Shown here piece by piece: positions 51,712 through 64,000 of a stretch of 64,000 bases of DNA (position 1 is the first letter of the stretch; every line of letters begins with the position of its first letter). This DNA is from Ministeria vibrans ATCC 50519 (Eukaryota > Protista > Filasterea). The notes under the pieces were generated by a model. That model was not told the DNA's origin and ran no database searches. It saw only the letters and a list, made by a program, of their open reading frames with translations. The stretch spans positions 3,004 through 67,003 of the forward strand of contig CALSCP010001478.1 in assembly GCA_943704425.1 (NCBI GenBank). Reading direction: 5' to 3'. The position numbers and the translations under genes were made by a program.

Positions 51712-52075
51712 TCTTTCTTTCTTTTTCACCACTTTTATGTATGTATTAGCAACAATATTACGTCTTTATGATTACAATAGTAACTTTTAGTGATACATTT
51801 TTATTGATTGTTAAGCGAGAAAAGCGACACTCTTTTAGTCTTTCTTTTATTCACTCAACTCTAACTCCGCTAGTCCCCCGTTGTCCGCTGAGTCGATGCC
51901 TAACCAACCCAACTGTAAGCTAGTTTTCCCGACACCAATTCGATTTCGTTTTACCCTTCTTTTTCTAATACATACCTGACTAGCCAACCGAAAGTCCGAA
52001 AGTGACAGAATCACAGATCAAATCAATATTCAGTGATCAGTCACTCTTTAATCTTTTAACTTTCTTTTAATAGTC

Positions 52076-55004
52076 ATGTCGAAAGCAATCCGCACCTTCG
52101 GCAAAAAGCAACAACGTCGGTTTGGCACCGAGTCCTCGTCGTTTGACTCCCTCGCCAGCAAGTACGGCGCCTTCAGTGCAAAAAGAGACAGTTTTTCAAA
52201 AAATATCATCAAAAATTTGAATCTTCCATCTCATCACCACCGTCATCTCGCACGCCGTGTATCCGCGCACACACCCAAGTGCACGTCCCCATGCACATGC
52301 TGCGCCTTGCCGTCTCTCATTGTCGCGTGTGTAGAGTCGCACCGGCAACTGCGAATGAAAATGTCATTCCACGCAACACAGCAAGCCAGACGTCCACTGC
52401 GGCCGCCAAGGACCCCTTCTCAAGTGCGTGGTCGTCGGCTAAGAGTAGCGCATGGGTACGCTGTCCCGTCGTGAACTCATCAGTGTTTTCACACACACAC
52501 ACACACAATCATTGACCTTTTGTTACTATTTTTCAAAATTTTGCTTAGTCGGATTGGGGTTCGTCCGCGTCGGAATTCTCCAGCTGGGGCTCGTCCACCA
52601 CCACCAAGTTGGGCTGCAGCTCCAAGACGGCGCCGACGGTCGTCTCAGCAACCGTCGATGCGCTCCTCGACTCACCCATGCCCAGTCCCTCCACCAGTGC
52701 CACCACCATGTCCATGTCGTCCACGCCGTCTGTCAAGACGCGTCGCCGGTCCGCCTCTCTTTCACTCTCACCCATGGCACTGACTAGCCCCGCGACCCCA
52801 TCTCCCAATCGTGTCCCCGTCACGCCGCAACAGACGACGCCTGTGCTCTCCCTCACTACGCCCGTCGCAGCCACGAGCACACCCGTCTCCTCCTCGACCC
52901 CTCTCAATCCCATCACCATCACGAACACGACCACGGCAAAGCCGTCCTCAACAACAACTGTAGCAACAAGCAGTGCTGCATCGTCCCTCTCCAAGCCAAA
53001 GCGGCGCGTCCAAATCCTCCTCGACGACGATGACGACGACACGGACGACACCAACTCCATTGCGCTCCTCGACACCTTTGACGAGTTCTCCAACACTTCG
53101 TCCTCTTCAAACTCTGCACAGCGCATTCTCTCTGCACAGTCCAGCAGTGCTCTTTCTACCTCTACCTCTTCCTCCTCCTCCTCCTCCTCTTCGTCATCCT
53201 CTGCTAGTCCATCTACGTCCCTCACAGCTCATCTGCGTCGCGCTACCCTCACCACAAACACAAACCAGCTGCGCCGTCGCACTTTTAAGCGACGTGCTAC
53301 TCTGGCTCTCGTTGATCGCAGAGGATCGCTTGCCATTCCAAAGCTACTCAAAGAGGAGTCAGACGACGAAAACGAAAAGGAAGAACAACAAGTTGAAATG
53401 GGCTCACCTGCACTGTTGGCGTCGACCATTCCGCTGCAGTTTGTGAGCACCGAGCGACGCACACGACGCGTCAAGACGGAAGAAGGCGAAACCCAAACCA
53501 AACAACAACAAAAAAAGACCCAAGTGCGCCTGATGAACGACAGTTGTGAGTGGGATGCATTTGCAGCGGCACTCGCAGACGCAGCACAGAAGCAACAACA
53601 GCAACAGCAGCAGAAACAACATCAGGAAACAGCGGAAACAACAGAGTCAACGACGACAGCAGTGCAGCCACACGAGCACAGCAGTGAGGTCACTGCTGTG
53701 GATGAGGCTCAGACGACTCCGCTGAACGCGCTGCTGAGTGCGTGTGAACAGCAGCGGGTGATGGCACTGGAGGACTTCTTTGGGGCCCAGGCCCTGGCGG
53801 GTGTGCGCAAATTGGGCGAAGGGAGTTACGGTGAAGTGTTTTTGGGGCCGTTCGGGGCGGAGAACGAACCGTGTGCGTTCAAGGTGGTCCCTGTGGGCGG
53901 GGAGACGGAGATCAATGGAGATGTACCGCCCTCGGTTGCGTCTATGCTGCCCGAGGTGATGATCACGCGCAGATTGGCAGCACTGGGTGGGCCGGAGGGA
54001 GTGCGCTCGACATGTGACGACGACGACGACGACACGAGTACCACTGCAGCGAGCGGTGTGTGTCGCAGCAATGGTTTCATTGGAGTGCGGGGGGTTGCAG
54101 TGTGCCACGGGCCGTACCCCGAAGCACTGCTAAGTGCCTGGGACGCGTGGGATGCAGAGCGTCAGAGCGAGAACGACCGACCGAGTGTGCTCAGTCATAC
54201 TCAACAAGAGCAACTCTTTGTCGTCTTTGCATTTGCCAATGGGGGATGCGACTTGGAAGGGTTCCGCGTGCGCAGTGGGCGCGAGGCGGTGGGTGTGCTG
54301 GCGCAGACGGCTGTAGCATTGGCTGTCGCAGAGTGTGCTTATGCCTTTGAGCACCGCGATCTCCACTGGGGCAACGTCTTGTGCCTTCACACTACATCCG
54401 ACGCAAAATCCGACCCTAAAACCACGCAGGAGACGACAAACAACAGGAAGAAGACTCGCACAACACGACAGACGACGCGACAGGAGGAAGAGCAGTGGGA
54501 GTCATTCGCACTCACAACAACAACAACAAAAGAGCACAAAACGGGCAAAGTGTGTCTGTGCGAGGGCACTAAAACAAGTGTCATTGACTTCACTTTGTCG
54601 CGCATGAACATCAGTCCCACCAAAGTGCTCTACTACGATCTCAATGACGACCCGCTGCTCTTTGACGGCTCAGGCGACTCTCAATTTGATGTTTATCGCC
54701 AAATGCGGTCCATTGTCGCGCGCAATTCGCCTGAAAACGATCCTCAGTGGCAATTAGACTGTCCGCAGACCAACGTTGCCTGGATCCACTATCTCACTGG
54801 CAAACTCGTCTCAGACAAGCTCAAAGGCTCAAAATTTTCCTCAATCAAGGTAAAAACAAAACTGTTATTTGAGAGTTAATTAATTGACATTTGATTTATT
54901 TGTAGCGACAATTAAAAGGGTTTATGGGACGACTAAAGGACTATGAGAACTGTTTTGAAGTCATTTCCGACGAGCTGTTTGAGGGAATTGTGAAATTTGA
55001 TTAA
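52076..55004 (+). CDS. HASPIN: Haspin (histone H3 Thr3) kinase, 4 exons
   Basis: Long Ser/Thr-rich N-terminus; KLGEGSYGEVF, G.YP..LL.AWD.W..SENDRP, FEHRDLHWGNVL, IDFTLSR, GDSQFDVYRQMR, TNVAWIHYL. Confidence 0.95.
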
Positions 55005-55104
55005 ACCATTTCTCATCATTGTTTATAATAATAATAATTTTAAATTTTTAGTGATAATAATATTAAGGACTGCTTTGATGTGTATTGTATGCATGTGTAA
55101 TATG

Positions 55105-55198
55105 TTAGAGTTCGTCGAGAGTCGCGAGTGTTTCGTCCAATTCAGCCTAACAAGATGGAATGAGACATATTTTTGTTATTATAATATTTTTGTTATTA

Positions 55199-55236
<38 letters not shown>

Positions 55237-55917
55237 GTTGTCTACCTTGATCTCGTTGTACTTCTCGCGCTGCTCCTCCAACTGATCTTCAAGAGCCTGT
55301 CACATACAAAGTGTCACATTACTATTTATATCTATTCGCAGTTCCTTACGCCAATCTTCTTCTCCTGCTCCACCACCTTGCGCTCGGTCGCTTCTGCGCG
55401 AAGATCAGCTTCGTTGAACTTCTCAGTGGCCTCCGACGCACGATCCTGCAATGAGTGCGAAAAGAGAGTCAAAACCGATTAATTTTCGATCCGATTTGGT
55501 TTTTTTTGATCTTTTCTCTTTGATGTAACCACAAACCCATGTCGGGCTCAACCTCAAGCCACAACGCAGCATACGACTCCCATCAACGCCTGGCAGGGCG
55601 CACACTGTGCAGTGTAGTTGATAAAAACCATTTTGCTTCTTTTTTTTTGGGTTTTGCGGCAGAGACAAAAGCAGAAGAAGCGCTGCGTCATCGCACACGC
55701 GAGGGTCTCAGGAATAGTGCATGGGCGGATGTGCAGAGGGAGCGAGCGTGCGGGTGCTTCTGTGGTTTGTGCGGTTGGCCAAAAATGAATCAGACTCTTT
55801 CTTTTGCGAAGAATGCGGTCGAATCAGACGACACACGCGGCGGCAGACGCGCCCAGTGGGCCTTATCTGGCGTGTGAAGGCAGGAGTGGGGAGCAAAGCG
55901 CAGCAAAAGAGCGCAAC

Positions 55918-55960
<43 letters not shown>

Positions 55961-56126
55961 ACATTTTATCGCCATTGCGTACCGATGCGGACTCCAGCTG
56001 GTCCTCGAGCATCTGGACACGTCGTCTGAGTGCCTCCAGCTCCGTGTCGGCGTTTCCTGTGTCGCGGCGCAGCTACGGAATCGTCAGAAGCTGAAACTGT
56101 CAAACACAGTTTGTCGCAAACACAAA

Positions 56127-56157
<31 letters not shown>

Positions 56158-56270
56158 AACAAAAAGGAAACTCAAACCTCAGCGAGTTCGGCCTCGGCTG
56201 CCTCGGCACGGTCGCGGGCGTTGTCGGCCTCATCGCGGAGGGCCGCCATCTTCTTCTTGATTGCCTCCAT
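55105..56270 (-). CDS. TPM: Tropomyosin, 123 aa, 5 exons (56270-56178, 56072-55983, 55445-55350, 55296-55246, 55146-55105)
   Basis: MEAIKKKMAALRDEADNARDRAEAAE...LEALRRRVQMLEDQLE...ATEKFNEADLRAEATERKV...LEEQREKYNEIKAELDETLATLDEL*. Canonical tropomyosin N- and C-termini, continuous heptads, four phase-0 GT-AG introns. Not present in the ORF track. Confidence 0.9.
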
Positions 56271-57091
56271 GTTGAAAAAAAGTGAAATTGATTGTGATAA
56301 TCATCAGATCTTGTGAATATTTGATTGATGAGATCTTTAGCTAACATTAAATAGACTTGACGGAGTAAATAAAAATTAGAGGTGTATTCTGTCATTTTTA
56401 TCTTCGAGACTCGAGAGACCGAGACGAGAATTCTAAGTAATGAGTTGTGTAAGTGTTTATTAATTTTTCTATTACATACAAACACATAATAATAATTATG
56501 ATTGTAATTTATACACTTGTCTCGGGAAGAAGATGCCCGTCAAGACGCACCTCAACTCGCTGCTTCTCACGCATGAAGGCAACACGGGCATCCGTGTAGC
56601 CAGCGGGATGCAACCCCTGCCACTTGCCTTGCGGGTCTATAGCTGGGTGAGCGTGTGGTGGGGCGGTGTCCCATAGTCTCGCGCTGTGTCTCACCTGTGT
56701 CTCACCCATCCGCACCATCTCGGCCGTGCCGCACTGCGTGTCGTCTACAAGCGCAACCACTGGACAGTGATAGCGATAAACATCACATAGAGAGACGTGA
56801 ATATACTTTATATAAGTAATGGTGAAGAGTACCTTCGTAGGAAGAGTGGGCCTGAGATGAGTGGACGTTTCTTGTCACTTTTGTGTTGTCTCCGCTTTAG
56901 CTGAAAAAAAAATCTTACGAGTACAAAATGTCGTTCATTTGCTCCACTAAGAAACCGTCAAAGTCTCAAAGAAGCAAGGGTAATTCACGTGAATACAATG
57001 AGAAAAGAAAAGAAACGTGTGTATATATAAAATTTGATTTTTCTGATTTGATGATTGATCAAAAAATTTTGTCCCACTGCGCTACTCCCCA

Positions 57092-58093
57092 ATGTTACCT
57101 CCGCGCCCCAACAGGAGAAGTAACCACTACAAGTTCCTGCGGAGGCTATGTGCCTTCCGCCAGATGGATTTCCAGCTTGCCTTCTGGCAGCAAATCCTTC
57201 TTCTTGTCTCACCCGCCCGCGCGTAAGCTGCGTCTTTCTCCACTGCCACTTGCCGCCCACCCTCATTCGCCGCTCTTCTACTCCCCCCTGCAGATACAAA
57301 AACATTTTCTATCATAAGCGTAAGAGCGACAAAACGGACAGGACTCAAGTTTGAAATTTGTCTTGTCTCCTCATTCTCTCGATTTGTAGGCACCAAGAAC
57401 CAATGGGCCCGTGACGATCCGGCCTTTCTTGTTCTTCTTGCCGCCTGGTTGTGCGGTGAGGGCAAACGAGCGACGAGAAAGACAGAGAGAGAGAGACAAA
57501 GAGAGAGAACGAATGACTGAAACACACTCTCACTCTCTTAGCGAGTGCCATTGGATTCTCAGTGTACTTTCAGACGGGAGTCGTCCAGTGCATCAAGCTG
57601 CTGTTATGGCTCGTCTTTGTTGACTGTGTCTGTCTCGGTTTAGTCATCGCAACTCTTCTTTGGTACCAAAAAATGAATCATCAATTGACACGACACATTT
57701 TTAATCTTTCGTGTCTCATCTCTTACATTCTCACACACACACACACACTATTTCTCTCTTTTTCTCACTCTTTTCCTTGTTAGGTTTGTGTTTAACCGTA
57801 ACTGTCGGTCACGCCAGTCAGTCCACGCAGTCGACGAAGAACTCGAATGGAGCTACGCATTCGATGTCCATTGCAACGCTTTTTTCCCTCTTCTCATCGG
57901 TACTCCACAAAGTGCACAAAGGAAACTCCCACTCAAATGCCACCTTTTTCTTTTTTAGTTTTACATATCATCCAGTTGTTTCTTGCGCCGATCATCATTG
58001 GAGAGTTTACATTTGCATCGTTCTTTGTGGGGAATTCGCTGTGGCTCATCGCGCTCTCTTACTACGTCTACATTACATTCCTCGGTTATTCCG
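57092..58093 (+). CDS. UNC50: UNC-50/GMH1 Golgi membrane protein; 3' end lost in N gap
   Basis: KFLRRL..FRQMDFQLAFWQ..LLVSP, YKN.FYHK.TKNQWARDDPAFLVL, ELEWSYAFDVHCNAFFP, GNSLWLIALSYYVYITFLGYS. Confidence 0.93.
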
Positions 58094-58234
58094 GTACACT
58101 CAGCACACACGATGCCTCTCTATCTCTTTGTTTCGTTTTCCCTTCTCTTTTCTCTCCCTCTCTCTCTCTCTCTATCACTCTCTATCACTTTGTTTCTCTC
58201 TCTCTCTCTCTCTATCACTTTGTTTCTTTCTCCC

Positions 58235-58269
<35 letters not shown>

Positions 58270-59113
58270 NNNNNNNNNNNNNNNNNNNNNNNNNNNNNNN
58301 NNNNNNNNNNNNNNNNNNNNNNNNNNNNNNNNNNNNNNNNNNNNNNNNNNNNNNNNNNNNNNNNNNNNNNNNNNNNNNNNNNNNNNNNNNNNNNNNNNNN
58401 NNNNNNNNNNNNNNNNNNNNNNNNNNNNNNNNNNNNNNNNNNNNNNNNNNNNNNNNNNNNNNNNNNNNNNNNNNNNNNNNNNNNNNNNNNNNNNNNNNNN
58501 NNNNNNNNNNNNNNNNNNNNNNNNNNNNNNNNNNNNNNNNNNNNNNNNNNNNNNNNNNNNNNNNNNNNNNNNNNNNNNNNNNNNNNNNNNNNNNNNNNNN
58601 NNNNNNNNNNNNNNNNNNNNNNNNNNNNNNNNNNNNNNNNNNNNNNNNNNNNNNNNNNNNNNNNNNNNNNNNNNNNNNNNNNNNNNNNNNNNNNNNNNNN
58701 NNNNNNNNNNNNNNNNNNNNNNNNNNNNNNNNNNNNNNNNNNNNNNNNNNNNNNNNNNNNNNNNNNNNNNNNNNNNNNNNNNNNNNNNNNNNNNNNNNNN
58801 NNNNNNNNNNNNNNNNNNNNNNNNNNNNNNNNNNNNNNNNNNNNNNNNNNNNNNNNNNNNNNNNNNNNNNNNNNNNNNNNNNNNNNNNNNNNNNNNNNNN
58901 NNNNNNNNNNNNNNNNNNNNNNNNNNNNNNNNNNNNNNNNNNNNNNNNNNNNNNNNNNNNNNNNNNNNNNNNNNNNNNNNNNNNNNNNNNNNNNNNNNNN
59001 NNNNNNNNNNNNNNNNNNNNNNNNNNNNNNNNNNNNNNNNNNNNNNNNNNNNNNNNNNNNNNNNNNNNNNNNNNNNNNNNNNNNNNNNNNNNNNNNNNNN
59101 NNNNNNNNNNNNN
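58270..59113. other. Assembly gap (N run) hiding the 3' ends of the convergent UNC50 and V-ATPase B genes; other large gaps at 7475-7644 and 61945-62181
   Basis: N runs flanked by microsatellites or homopolymers. Confidence 0.98.
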
Positions 59114-61711
<2,598 letters not shown>

Positions 61712-61860
61712 CGGAAAGAGAGAGTGAAGTTGAAAAAAAAAGTGATTATCTTGAGATCATTTTATCTTGACTTAATGAATGATTATCTGATTTTGTCTTT
61801 TTTTCAGTCTCACAGTCTCACTCTTTTAACTTTTGTCCGGAATTTGCCTTTTCTGTAAAT

Positions 61861-63017
61861 ATGAGCCAACCCAGTTCATTGATCAAGGTAAAAACACTGA
61901 TAAATCGAAAGAGAAGAGAGCAAAAAAAAAAAAAAAAAAAAAAAANNNNNNNNNNNNNNNNNNNNNNNNNNNNNNNNNNNNNNNNNNNNNNNNNNNNNNN
62001 NNNNNNNNNNNNNNNNNNNNNNNNNNNNNNNNNNNNNNNNNNNNNNNNNNNNNNNNNNNNNNNNNNNNNNNNNNNNNNNNNNNNNNNNNNNNNNNNNNNN
62101 NNNNNNNNNNNNNNNNNNNNNNNNNNNNNNNNNNNNNNNNNNNNNNNNNNNNNNNNNNNNNNNNNNNNNNNNNNNNNNNNNAAAAAAAAAGGAGAGAGAG
62201 TATTGAATTGTCGTCGCACTGCTCTGGTTTGGCACAATGGGGCCCTGTGGACGCCACGACGCCGCCGGGGTGCGTTGTTGGGACTCTCGAGACTCCGCTG
62301 CCGCCCTGTCCACCCTGGATCCTTGCCTGTTATTCTCATTGTCAATCCTTTCGCGTTTTTTTTTTTTTTTTTTTTTCTCTCCTTTCTCTTTTCCTTCTGT
62401 CTTTTGCGCTCTCTCTCTCGCGTCGTCTGCGCTGTCTTGGCGCGTGGCTCCTCGCCGAGGATGGTGTGGATGGGGGTGTGGTGTGCATGACGCGTCGGCG
62501 TGACGGCGTATGGGCCGCTGAGGGGCGCAAGAGCGAAAAAATGTCTGAGGAGGAGAGACATGAGAGAGAGAGAGTGTGTGTGTGTGTCAAGAGACAAAAC
62601 ATCACGAGCAAAAATATGAAACTTGTATTGTCTGTTTCTCTGTCTCTCTGTCTCTGGTGTAGTTTGCTCGATGGGGCTTGCTCTCGGCTGGCCTTACCTA
62701 TGGATTTGTCCATGCACGAACAGTGAAGAAGGAGTACGCAGCTGAGCAAGCAAAGGTACACACACACAGACAGACAGAGAGTCGAAAGGAACGTCTCTTA
62801 CGCTTCGCCGTATGTGTAGAAGGCAAAAGATCAGAAGAAGGAGGCAAAGAGGGCGGCACAGAACGCAGGAGGATGTACGTCGTTTGATCACTCACTCACT
62901 GTGTCCATTCAAACTTACGTCTTCTTCTTACTTGTAGTGATCACAGACCCGTCACACAAAGATTTCAGTCTGGAGAAGGTTCTTCTGTCATTAGACACCC
63001 CCTCTGCAAAGCACTGA
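61861..63017 (+). CDS. ATP5ME: Mitochondrial ATP synthase subunit e (Tim11/ATP5ME), 4 exons (61861-61887, 62663-62755, 62820-62874, 62938-63017)
   Basis: MSQPSSLIK|FARWGLLSAGLTYGFVHARTVKKEYAAEQAK|KAKDQKKEAKRAAQNAGG|LITDPSHKDFSLEKVLLSLDTPSAKH*. Contains the R[WY]..L..G..YG (GxxxG) motif and a charged coiled coil. Confidence 0.8.
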
Positions 63018-64000
63018 GCCACATTTCACAGACTCACTCACTCACTTACTCACTCTCAACTTCTTTTCATCGTAAAAGAAATAATAAACCCTTGTTCGAT
63101 TAAAAAAAGGTCTTGTTACGGGTAGCATTGTAGAGGGTGTCAATCGATAAAGAGTGTTCCTGGGAAGCGTCTGGCGAAGTCGAAAGTACGTTGGAGAGAA
63201 AATTAAGAATCATCACTGTTCGTTGTGAGACAGTTTTTGCGGAGTTATTGGGGCACATCGCGTGACACGTGCCCTGACAGCAAACGGCACCAGCAGTGAC
63301 AGACTCCATCCCAATGCGATTAAAATGCCCCACTCTGCCAGAACAGCAGGTGTGTCTCAATGGGGTTGTTCACGCGCGACACCTCCATTATACTCCCAAT
63401 GTGTGGAGGACACTTTCAATCGTTGCTGCTGTTCCCATTCTTCTCATTGTTCTGCGACTTGTGGCCACCGCACACAGCATCGATGACTGTACACATCAAT
63501 ACATCATCCACCTGTTCACTGCAAGGCTCTTAACCGTGCGCACACATTCCGCGAGAGATTGACGTATGTTTAGAAGGAAGAGTAAACCCGCAAGTTACTT
63601 GTTCGGATATTACGCGCTGTGTCCACTTTGGAATGAAATACCGACGGTGTTACACGGGTATGTCAAATAGACCACAGTTGATAATGCGATTAAATCAACC
63701 GACGTATCACATGAAAATCTGATCCCAAACAGACCCAAATGTGATCGTCCCACTGATAACCGTTGAACTGTATGAAAATAATGAAACTGAATAACTGATA
63801 ACAGGTCAGATTTGTTTATTCATTTTGACAAACACGGCACACTCGGCAGCTACAGGTAGGCATTGGCTGTTGTGCACCGTTTGCAGCAGCGCAGTGATGC
63901 TGATGGTGTGTTGTAGAGTGTGACTTCTTTTCCGCCACGAACTGCACTCTCTGCTCCGTTTGCGCCCACTGCGACCGACCACCGACACGCCCAGGTACGC

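Noticed and set aside
63100-64000. Possible 3' exons of a minus-strand gene running off the window (fragments FNGYQWDDHIW and HRRYFIPKWTQRVISEQ)
   Set aside because: No consistent splice model or recognisable family could be built.

Overview
A gene-dense, intron-rich eukaryotic scaffold with GT-AG introns full of (CT)n/(CA)n/(AAT)n microsatellites, AT-rich intergenic spacers often only 100-400 bp long, and several N gaps. The gene content (tropomyosin, Tuba/DNMBP, RUN-SH3, I-BAR, PLK4, a receptor with YxxM motifs) suggests a unicellular opisthokont, probably a holozoan protist; this is inference. I spliced 22 protein-coding genes by hand: IFRD (partial), RAD51C, a PH/double beta-trefoil/fibrinogen-like protein, aldose 1-epimerase, PH-RUN-SH3, a laminin-EGF receptor, alpha-amylase, p24/TMED, PHAF1, PLK4, JMJD8, a GT-A glycosyltransferase, an I-BAR protein, a ~2250-aa STAND NTPase, DHX16, CINP-like, Tuba, haspin, tropomyosin, UNC-50, V-ATPase B and ATP synthase subunit e. 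The main highlight is an Apaf-1/NLR-like NB-ARC-WD40 protein with no CARD. An upstream exon that the ORF track does not join to it gives it an N-terminal PH domain, followed by a candidate HeLo/MLKL-like helical bundle, so it may be a membrane-targeted immune or cell-death sensor. Other highlights: an ultra-short 123-aa tropomyosin, a PH-fascin-like-FReD-like fusion, a non-kinase receptor with phosphotyrosine docking motifs, a start codon split by an intron, and a dispersed intronic minisatellite. No tRNA, rRNA, CRISPR array or transposase was recognised. All family assignments come from motif recognition; no searches were run.
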